Source of the DNA: Owenia fusiformis
Lineage: Eukaryota
Reading direction: 5' to 3'
DNA: 64,000 nt
Assembly: GCA_903813345.2 (NCBI GenBank)
Contig: CAIIXF020000001.1
Coordinates: 5,332,001 to 5,396,000, forward strand
Shown here: in pieces, positions 14,801 to 26,800 of the stretch
Layout: the number at the start of each line of letters is the position of its first letter
How positions within the stretch are numbered: position 1 is the stretch's first letter
Made by a program: the position numbers and the translations under genes
Notes under the pieces: generated by a model
Seen by the model: only the letters and a program-made list of their open reading frames with translations
Told to the model about the DNA's origin: nothing
Databases searched by the model: none

Positions 14801-17800
14801 GCCAAAATAAGACAGTGTGTCATGCTTATGAGCATTCACATATCAAATATGAACAAAATCGCTCTATTACTTTTTGAGTTATGGTAAAGAAAACTTAAAA
14901 TAACACACATAAAAATGGTGGGCATTTTGAAAATGGCCATCTTCTATACAAAGTGTCATAAAACAGTGAACCATGCTTATAGCATATAAGGACCACTATT
15001 TTCCAAGATGGCTGCTATGTGTTCCTTAAATATCTGCATATCTAGGTTTATAATGTCCTATATAACCTTTTTTACATTTTAAACATATCGCTATTACAGT
15101 TTTATATATTGTACCTAATTTATCGTAAAATTGGCACTAAGGGGCGGGGTCAAAATATCGATGTTCATATGGAGACGAAAGTACTTTCGCGAGGGGGGGA
15201 GGGGGTTTTTGGGCACTTTCGTTGACCAAAAAAACATCGATAATTCGGATCTGATATACAAAAAATAATTGGACTTACCCACTTTTTCTGGCGCTATGTT
15301 CTGATAAAAAGGCTTGTTTTCAATAGTTCGTGAGCTTTTTTGTGTGATAGGTCCAAAATATCGGTAGATAAAGACGATAATTCGATCATTTTTCAAATAA
15401 ATTCCGTACTTTTCCCTCCTCCTTTTGAAGAGTTCAATGCAGTTAAATTGCGAACGTGTGTTAATTCACCGTAATAATAACCCGGCAAATAGGATACGAT
15501 TATTAATCAATGTTTTTTTGAAGTGACCTAAGCTTTCGTCTAGAGGGGGGGTGGGGGGGTTGTTGTCCAGACGAAATTACTTTCGTCTCCATATGAACAT
15601 TGATATTTTGACCCCGCCCCTAAAATGGTTGCAATTCTTAAAACAATGGCCATTATGAAAATTGGCTTTCAAGCAGAACTTCTAGGCCATATGTATACAA
15701 AAAAAAAAGAACAAAATTGGGCTAATGGTATATGGGTTATCACCTGGATAGACAAACGGATGGATGGAGATGTTCCCTATTTCCCTCCGAACTTTGATGA
15801 GTAATAAAAAACATAAAGACAAACTTTGAAAAATATATTTAAAAAAGATAAGAGAGGGGTACACTTTATTCATTATAATGGTTAAAGATAATGAATTTTT
15901 TCCTTACCTATGAGTTGTAACATTCTCAAATAAATGCTGGTATTGCGGGGCAGCATCTTCTGGTCCATGGGGGGCAGGCATGCTGAGTACCATGGCAACA
16001 GGCCTGAAATATGACAAAATAAATTAAATTTTTTCACTCTATACAGACTATACTATGTATACGCAAACAAGTGGTGCGGATATTATGTGCGCAAGGTGCA
16101 GATATTAACGGTCAGTTTTGAATTTGTGATATTTCATAAACTTAGGCATGTTGGGTACTCAATTATAGTCATCCATTTGTAGAGGATACCTAATAAAAGG
16201 GAAAGTTTGTCTATAGTCATATTCTTCATTCTTTAACGAAGCAGGTAGAGGTAGCACATTTTTGTTCAATTTTTCCCATTTTGTATAACATAATAGGTCA
16301 TCTCGATCATCAATATTTAATGAATGCTGTTTGAGCTGTGAAACAGCTGCATTATAATTTCAAATTATTTGCTTTGGAGAGAGTACTATTGCTTGATGTG
16401 TCGCTATGGAATGAACTACACATCTACTTACACAATTTCCTTTTTATTAGGGAACCTGTTCACATGTATGGATATAACTGAGTACCCAACATGCCTAAGT
16501 TGGCAAAATATAATGAAATCAAATTCAAAAATGACCGATAATATCCGCACCTTGCGCACATGATATCAGCACCGCTTGTTTTCGTATAGCACAGTCTGCA
16601 TGAAGTATTTTTGGAACATATAATCCAGGCATCTTTAGGACCATGGTGATTAGAATTTATCAATAGAACAAAACATACTGCGTTTTGATCAGTAAGGCTC
16701 ATATTTTACTTACTGCATCACATAAAGTTCATACCTGGATACCTAGAATAGGACCATGTATTGATTTCAAAATAAGTGCTCAGATGGTATACATTTATGT
16801 GTTGAGAGGAGAATCCTAAATAAACACAAGTGGCCTGAATAGTAAAAATATAATGATGTACCAAAGGAATTCTAAAATAACAGAGTTCTAAGATTAGTAA
16901 AGAATATACAACTGAGGATTCTGCAAGGGACAACAACCATTGAATGATGGCTTGAAATGGCACAGACTATAGATGATCAAAATACATATAAGACTCATTC
17001 TTTGAAAATAAATCAAAATATCATACAATGGGAAAAGTAACAAGATCAGATAACAAATAAACATAAAATTCTACTTTATAAAAGATAATCATGATTACAT
17101 CAGATATTTTCTTTAAAATATGACACAAATCAAAATTCTGGAATCATGGAAAGCATTCGAGGCCTCATGAATAATTCATGTTGGAATGCTTGTAACATAT
17201 TGGGGAAATCCCAAACTTAGATTAATCAACAGATTTCAGATTAAGTAAAAGATAAATAAAACCCCAATCCATGGTTTATCTCTCAATATGGACTACTTAT
17301 TTCAGTAGAGTTCTACAGTTCCAGCATTTCCATATAATACAGTGTAAACTTCACTGCTTCTCTTTATTCCTTGCTTTTTCCACTTTCCTACTCTGTTCTG
17401 CCTTTAAAAACGTATATTACAACAAGACATGGATATGCAAAATGTCACCACCTACATTTGTTACAGGCATCAAACTCTGACACTAAATGCCAACTGCCGA
17501 ACACCATCCACAAAAAGTTGGAGACAATGATAATTTGTTGCCACTTGTCATGGTGACATACCGTAACTAGAATAGATTGACCACACTAACCTGTTAGGGA
17601 AATACTGCTTTGACTGTTTCAGGAACGTCACACTGTCATTTGCAATAAGATCCGTAAAATAGTCCTTATAATAATTATCAAAATGCTTTACTTTACGTCC
17701 ATTAAAATTGAGTGTGTAGTTATAAAACCTAGTGTTCTTGACAAGGCCGACCCATTCACTCCAGCCTGGTGGGATATATGTTCCATTATATTCATTTAAA

Positions 17801-20800
17801 TATTTTCCAAAGTATCCTGGAAATAAATAAAAAATATATTTATGCTCATTCATATACATCTCCATGTATTTACAAAAATTTAACAAAAACACAAAAGTGT
17901 AAAACATACTATATACTGCAAATTTTCCTCCTGAATGCCAAACACTAATCAGTTGAAAAGACATGATTTTTAGACAAAAATCCAATGTGGCCACCATAAA
18001 ATTTACCCAGACTGCAAAAACTAAGTAGTTTGAGATTTTCATAACATGAATCATTCCTGAAAATTTGATATCTATCTGTCCACTGGTTTGCCAGGAAACA
18101 TGTAGACAAGACTTTACAGAGAATGACGAAAAACTACAAGCATTTCCAGATTTTACTAAGAATCATCCCTGAAATTTGAAATTGATTCCTAAAATGGTTA
18201 ACATAAAAATGCGTAGACAAGACTTTACAGACAAGATTTTAGGACGAAAAATCCAAAATGGCTGCCTTAAAATTTACCCATAATGCCGAAAAACTAGTCA
18301 GTTCTAGACTTTCATATTAAGAATAAATTATTAAAAAAAATTTGAAATCGATTCATCAAATAGCTATCCTGAGAATAAGTAGACTTTTACAGACAAGATT
18401 TTAGAACGGAAAATTCAAAATGGCTAGCTTAAAATCTACCCAGAATGCTGAAAAACTGTTCAGTTCTACATTTTCATACTAAGAATCATCCCTGAAAATT
18501 TGAAATTGATCCCTCAAATGGTTAACCTGAAAACACTTAAACTAGACTATACAGACAAGATTTTAGGACGGAAAATCCAAAATGGCTGTCCTAGATTTTC
18601 ATGAACATCCCTGAAAATTTGAACTGAAAATGTGTAGACAAGTGTTTATAGAGAAGATTTTGGGATGAAAAAATCCAAAATACCTGCAATAAAAAATCAG
18701 ATAGGAGTTTTTGCCGATTTCTTTTTACAAAATTATTGCATAAAACTACTTTTAACAGTGACATGAGCTTTTTTTTATACAGGATACATAATAAATAAAA
18801 CATAAAGCATACATAGTTCATGCAATATATCAGATGTATCTAATTCATCAAGTTGATGAATTAAATATGGGTGATATGGATTTGCACAGGGTTGGTATGA
18901 CTGATGCTTGGTGGTTTGTGGAGCCTCAACTCACATTTATCCTTCAAGTTGATGATAGTGGAATTTTTAAAGCATAGCTCATTCCCAGCAGTGGTATTGC
19001 ATTAAGAACTTGTTCCCACTCTCATTTCTTAATCAAATAAAGAGAAAGGAGGGTCAGGACACTGGGTCTTAATACATGACTAACCGATAGGGTAAACCTT
19101 TAGTTATCCATATTTAGTACCAAGAATGTCACTTTACAATCTATAGACTGATTTTTATCATTTTTTCACTTATCATTGAATCTGACCAGGCAGTGAAAAG
19201 TAAATAAGATAAATTGATTTAGGAAAATAGTAAGGATGTCAAAGCAAGGAAGTATCTCTTAACAACCCTTAGACTTGTTATGATCTAGTGCAAATAAATC
19301 ATTAATAATTACAATTACCGGTTGGTGACTATTACTACTAAAATCAACATATCACAAAATCAAAATCTTTCATCACACAATCCCTACTATCTCTCAATAC
19401 AAAAAATTTGATGTGGCTTTCAAAAAGTCAAAACATTAAACCTTGTTTCCATACTTGAATCTATATAGCTAATTAATGGTTCCCTAAATGACCCAGTCAA
19501 GATATTCAGATTCATCAAATATATTCATGAAAACCACAGATTCTGAGAAGGAAGAATTAAAGATAATAAATATTTTTGACAAATATTGATGCTCTGAGGC
19601 CACTTCCTCTGGTGTGATCAATAATAAATGTACTTGATATAAACCAATGAATAGCTAACAGAGTAAACTGTATTCTCTCTAATATAAGGGGTGCTATAAA
19701 GGATGGACATAGATTTCATTCAGGGTTTCTTCGAAATCTTTGGGCTCTAAATAAAATGTGGAATGGAGCAATTATGACAAACATCAGAAAAAATATAATA
19801 TTGTTATCCAGAGAACTTAAAGGACTTGTCCCCTTGATTTTTTTCATGAGACTTACAAAATCTTATCACGCGGTAGGATCTCTTCGGGACGTATCGAAAC
19901 CACTCCGTCCCGAAAAACCGTTAATTTGAATTTAAAACCTACCCCAGTGTTTGAAAATCAAGGATTGTGAGTCTCACACTTCACCGTTTTTCTTCAAACT
20001 TGTTCCGTACAAAGCTTCACAGAAATACCTTTCAGTCGATACATTGTTTTCGTGTACAAAGTACCTCGTTTTAGCGGCGTTTTGGTCCCCAGCTGTGAGA
20101 TAAAGCAAATTTTCATAACTTTCAACTGTAAGTCAAGTTATCTCGCCAGTCTTTTACCCATTCTCGCCCATAATTTCAGAATGGACTCCCATTACAACCT
20201 TCCATCGCTACGTCTTGATTTTTGGGCATCAAACGCAGCAGTTTCTAAATCATCCACACATCTCTTCAAATTTGACCAATACGCCCCGTCATCTTCCACT
20301 ACGCCCCGCCGAGTCTATCACTATACACGTAGAGTTTCATTCTAAAACAATTTGTCCATCGATGTGTCCGTTTGTAGGTTGCCATTGTCGATTCTAAATA
20401 CCAATCGGATTGTGTTTTAAGATTTACCCATTCTTGTCCATTTTCAATATACCTATAATAGGGTGGTCCAAAATCTCCCTAAAATTTAGATTTCCCGATA
20501 TTGCAATATAAAGATTTTAATTACTGAACAATTGAAAATATTTTTAAGAAACGTTTAAAGTGCCCTATCCTTGAAAAAATGTGAAAATGCGAAAGGATGG
20601 GTGATGTCAATTATATTATTTTCAGCATAACGTTAGAAACATGTATCATTTTATATGTTTCACGTTTCATAATGTAATCCAATGGAATCATACAGAAGAA
20701 AGGTTGACACACAACAGTAAAAATCTTTCAATTCAATTTTCAATTCAATTTATTATTCAATTCTAGTTTTCATACAATATTAATTTACAAGTGATATGAA

Positions 20801-23800
20801 AAGGACACCCCGAGGGGTGTATGGATTCCATGTTTTGAAAAAATAAAATGTGTTATACATAAAGCATGTCATGTTAGAACAGTTATTGTAATGTACAAAT
20901 TTACAAAGCATACATTTTTAATTATCTTGATGTAACATAGTGGAAGTATGGTTCAAACTAACTAATAATGACTTAACAAATTGGACTTAAACTTTCGTTG
21001 AAACATTTTTATATGAATTGAGTTTCTCAAATCAGTAGATAAAGAGTTATAAATTGATGGGCCACTTGTCCCAATTGATTTCCTTCCATATTCTGTTCTA
21101 AATGGTTGAACAATCAAATCATTTTTTGATTTTGTGTCATGTGAGTGAATTGTTGATCTTAATGAGAAAAGACGGTTGAATTTTTTAAAAGGGAAATCAG
21201 GCGATTCAGAAAGTGTTTTTTGTACAAAGCTAGCTGTTTGATGGGAATGTATATCAAATACATTTAAAAATTTTAGCTTCTGAAATAGTGGACCTGAAGC
21301 GGCAAAGCTATCAGAATACGTAATGACTCTTAAGAATTTCTTTTGCAAAATATATAATTTCTGAATGAGTGTTTTTATGGCATTTCCCCATAAGATATTT
21401 CCATAGCTTAAGTAAGAATAAATCATTGAATAATAAATTGTAGTCATGGCATTCAAGCTCAGTCGATGTCTAGTCCTGTATACTATACCAATCAAATTAG
21501 AGATTTTTGTACATATAGCATTAATGTGAGGAGACCAGTGTAACTTTGAATCAATGATAACACCAAGGAAATTAATTTCTTTCACCTCTTCAATTGGTTG
21601 ATTGTCAATCTTAAGGATAATATTCTTGTCGTTCAGATCTCTTTTATTGCTAAATATCATAAACTTGGTTTTTTCAACATTAAGAGTTAGTTTATTTGCC
21701 TTCATCCAATTTGAGACATTTTGTAATTCCTCATTCATTTCAATGACTAGATTTTCAATATTTTTGTCAGTAAGCGCAATATTTGTGTCGTCAGCATATA
21801 AAACAAAGGATAGTTTATTTGAGACGAGATATATGTCATTAATGAATATTATAAATAAGAGGGGGCCTATTACCGACCCTTGTGGTACTCCATATTCAAC
21901 TGTATTTTCAATTGATCTATATTTCACATCAGTCTCTGTAAATTGGTCAAGTGAAACATTCTTCTTTGTAAATTCAGTGATGATTCTTCTATTTTCAAGG
22001 ATAACTTGTGAACCAAGAAAGAGCTACTCCACGAATGCCATAGAATTCAAGTTTTTGTAATAATATTTTATGATCAACGGTGTCAAAGGCTTTAGTTAAA
22101 TCAATATAAATACCAAGACTAGTTTTCCCTGTATCTAAAGACTTTCTAATATTTTCAATGAAATTTAAAAGGGCCATGTATGTTGAATGTTTTTTCCTAA
22201 AGCCATATTGGTGTAAGTATAAAATTTCATATTTTTCAAGAAATACGGTAACCTTATCATGAACAATTTTTTCCAACATTTTAGAAAATACACTTAAGAT
22301 AGAAATGGGTCTGTAGTTATTAAAAATTTCTTTTAAACCTTTTTTAAATATAGGAATGACTCTAGCAATTTTCAATGCATCAGGAAATGTTCCAGTAGAG
22401 ATTGACAGGTTAAAGATCTGTGTAAGTGGGGCTGATAAAGATTCTTTTAGTAATTTGACAACTGAGGGCTTAATATCGTCTATTGAAGCAGCAGAAGGTT
22501 TCAAAGATTTAAGTTGATTCTTAACATCAGTTTCTGTTACAGGAAATAAAAAGAGTGATTTATCATTTGAATTAATTTTTCTTAAATTTACCATTGGATC
22601 AGCATTGCTTTGAATCTTATTTGCAAGTTTATTGCCAATAGAGCTAAAGAAATTATTAAAGTTTTCAGCTATTTCAGCGCCATCTGTAGTTTGTCGATTA
22701 TTAAGGTTAAATGTATTATTTATTTTTGATTGACCAGACTTTTTCTTTAAGATGGTGTTAATTAAATTCCAGGATTTTTTTATGTTGCCTTTATTTGCTT
22801 CAAATTTATTTTTGAAATAAGCTTTTTCAGCATTTCGAATTACATGAGTTAATTTATTTTTATACCTTTTATACATGGCTTTGTTTTCCAGTGTTGGATT
22901 TTTTTTGTATTTAATATAAAGCTTATTTTTGTATCTAGCTGATATAATAATTCCAAGAGTAATGCAGGGTTTTTCATTATCATTGAAAGTGCTGACTATT
23001 TTTGATTTTACTGGTAGACACCTATTATAAGTTTCAGAAAACGTTTCAATAAAAGAATTATAAGCATTATTTACACACTGAGATTGATAAATAGCATGCC
23101 AATTAATCTTTGAGATCTCTGATTGGAGTCTTGTACATGTTTCATCATTAATTAGTCTGTATTGGATCTTTAGTTTTTTAACTTTGGGCTTCTCATGATT
23201 ATTAACAGCATAAATGGGAAAATGATCTGAAATATCATACAAAATGATACCAGATTGAGCAACATTATGAGCATTGGTAAAGATGTTATCAATTAAAGTA
23301 GCACAGTTTCTGGTTATTCTTGAGGGCCTATAAATCAACGGCATATAATTGTTTGTGTATAAATTACACAAGAAATCATTTGTTTGATCATGGTCATTTG
23401 CTTTAAAAAGATCGACATTAAAATCGCCAAGGATATATGAAATTTTGTTCTCAGAAGCCACTTTTTCTAAGAATACAATAATATTTTTTCCTTCATCTTG
23501 TTTTATTTCAATGGACACTGATTCAGATTTATCAGAATTAAGTTTGAGATCTGACCTTTCCTCAAATTTGTACTGTTTTGCAATATGTAGGCAAACTCCC
23601 CCACCTCTAGACTGTTTTCTCGAATTAAATACAGTATTATATCCATTTAGTGAAAAAAGCCTCTCATTGTGTTGAGTTAACCATGTTTCAGACATGGCTA
23701 TCACAGAGAAGGAATTTTTACTCAAAGAGTTTAGCATTTCAAATTTCCAATTGTTTTTTGGTAAGCTTCTCATATTCATGTGGAGTAGTGAAAATGAATC

Positions 23801-26800
23801 ACATTTTATTGTTGAATTTAATGTATCAATATTCACATAATTACACTCTTTAGCGATGTTATGCATATCTGTTTGTACGTTGTCAATGTGATCTTCATTT
23901 GCAATGTGTTTGTCAAAATCAAGTGGATTGAAAAGTAAATTATCAAAAAAGTCAAGTCCATGTGTTATGTCCATAAATTCAACATTTGAACACTCATGAA
24001 ATGGAAGATCTTTTAGAGAATTAGCCATTGTCAAGTTCAAATGGTAAAATTTGTTGAAAAGCCATTTTTTCCTTTGAAATGCTTAATAAAATACTTCCAG
24101 CCACGAAACACAATGCTTTGATTGTCATCAATATTGTAACGGATTCTAAATTCATTTCAGAAATAGAAAGTAACAAATAAAAATAAAAATAAAAGGGTGC
24201 AAGTGATTTGCTTGCAAACATATATACAAGATGTAACACTATTTGGAGCATCTCTTACTCAAATGCTACAGATATAAGGATAAGCATGTAGTACTGTGTA
24301 GTTGTGAGAGATCATAAGTAAATGCATATACAGAAATATGTATGGAGGAAAGAAGACAAAAAATATATTCCATTATATTATATATATAATATTATTCCAT
24401 GGAATAATCCATGAAATGATATTCAAGACTCAAAGTGCAACTTATTTGCAAGGGCAATCCAGTTAACCTTGATGCTTGGACTGAGAAAATGGTATAAAAT
24501 AATGTGAAAACCCATTTGTAAGGGCAGTCGAGTGTAATCAAATTCATTATCAAATACAAAAAACTTACATCACAACACAATATTTTGTCATAAAAAGCAT
24601 AAAAGCTCAAATTGCAAGGGCAATCCAGTCTCACCAGTCAAGCAATTATTATAAGAAAATTATATATCGGGATGACTGGAACTATGGACCGAAGTTCAAA
24701 GAGAAATAAAATGGAATTAAATGTTAGTAACCCCCCCCCCCCCCTTCCCGTTTACATAGAGAAAATGAGCAGTAAAACAAATTCAATATGCATGAACAAA
24801 ATGCAGGTTCTTCAAGCTTTTGATTGCAAGGGGGAAATAGTTAAATAATCCTGTTGTGAAAGATTGTTTTCAAGTAAAGTTTGTAAGTGGTATAATATAA
24901 AAGTTTTGGAGAGGTTCCAATTTTTTCCCTTGCAGTAAAAACCTTAAAGAAGTTTCGATATATGCAAACCTCACTGTTTAAAGAAAAATATATAAATTAC
25001 TGTTTAATCACACCTGGATGAAATAGATTGTTTGCAGTTTCAATTATTCCACAAGAACACAAATGTGTACAAAATGTCCCCACCAAGTGGCGATCCCGTG
25101 AAATGGTTATCCTGAAAATGAGTAGACAAGACTTTACCAACACAATTTGAGGACGGAAAATCCAAAGTGGCCACCTTAAAATTTACCCAGAATGCCAAAA
25201 ATTTAGTCAGTTCTAGATTTGCATACTAAGAACCACCCCTGAAAATTTGAAATTGATCCGTCACACAGTTAACCAGAAAACATGTAAACAAGACTTTACA
25301 GACAAGATTTCAGGATGGAAAATCCAAAATGGCTGCCTTGACATTTACCCAGAATGTCAAAAAACTAATCTGTTTGTAGATTTTCATACTAAGAATCATC
25401 CCTGAAAATATGAAATTGATCTACCAAACGGTTCACCTGAAAACGGGTAGACAAGACTTTACAGACAAGATTTTAGGACAGAAAATCCAAAATGGCTGCC
25501 TTAACATTTACGCAGAATGCAAAAAAAGTAATCAGGTGTAGATTTTCATACAAAGAATCATCCCTGAAAATTTGAAATTGATCTATCAAACCGTTCTCCT
25601 AAAAACGTGTAGACAAGACTTTACAGGCAAGATTTTAAGATGGAAAATCCAAAATGGCTGCCTTGACATTTACCCAGAATGCAAAAAAACTAATCAGTTC
25701 TAGATTTTCATACTAAGAATCATTCCTGAAAATTTGAAATTGATCTACGAAACGGTTCACCTGAAAACGAGTAGACAAGACTTTACAGACAAGATTTTAG
25801 GACGGAAAATCCAAAATGGCTGCCTTGACATTTACCCAGAATGCCAAAAAACTATTGAGATCTAGATTTTTATACTAAGAATCATCCCTGAAAATTTGAA
25901 ATTGATCCATCAAACGGTTCACCTGAAAACGCGCAGACAAGACTTCACAGACAAGATTTTAGGACCGAAAAATCCAAAATGGCCGACAATAAAAAAGTTC
26001 TTATGAGTTTTTGCTGATTTCTTTTTACAAAATTATCACATATAACTACTGTTAACAATAAAGTAGGCTTTTACAGCAAAGTACATCTGAAATTATTTAT
26101 AAAGCTACTAAATAGTTAAAGTATGAAAACTCAAAAACACCATTCAATATGATACAAAGTATTATCGCGCGCTAACTTTTCTTAAGACATTCAAAATGGC
26201 TGACATGACTGAGCTAGCAGGTCCAAAACCTAATCAGATCTAGAATGAAGTGAGCTGAACAAGATGTTAAAGTTTTAAAAGCAACTGTGAAGCAGTTTTT
26301 CTTAAAGTTTGCAGACAAGGATTTCAGCATTTGACTTCAAAATGGCCGACAGGAAGTAGGTATCGAGTTAATTTTTTTTCATCCACATCTGTATGCACTC
26401 ATAAGTTATCCCTGAAAATTTGAGGGTGATATCTGTAGCGGTTTTGGAGAAAACTGCCGGACGTACGGACAGACAGACGGACAGACAGACGGACAGACAG
26501 ACGCGCCTAGGCCGACAATATGGCCCCACACTATGTGGTGGGGACATAATAAACTGTAAAAGTGGTCATAGAGTATTTACAGTTAAGGTTCATTTGTTAC
26601 AGATTGGAGGATTAAGATGGCTATGTATCTCCTATTTTGTCTTTGATAAGTTTGGAGACGAGCTTCCACTTTTCGGGATCATATCGGTCATTGTCCCATC
26701 GAGATATTATGATCATTGTGTCAGAAAGATTCAGTTCGACGATTGTATTCCTAATAGTGCGTCCCATGCCAGAGTCTCCATCATCCTGAAAGTCATAGTA

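Noticed and set aside
20052-20345. ORF MYKVPRFS..., mirrored at 30121-30348
   Set aside because: Lies within the TIRs, starts at GTG and has no recognisable domain; the duplication is explained by the inverted repeat.
25100-26000. Regularly spaced repeats as a CRISPR array
   Set aside because: Whole 162-bp units repeat with no unique spacers; eukaryotic context and no cas genes.
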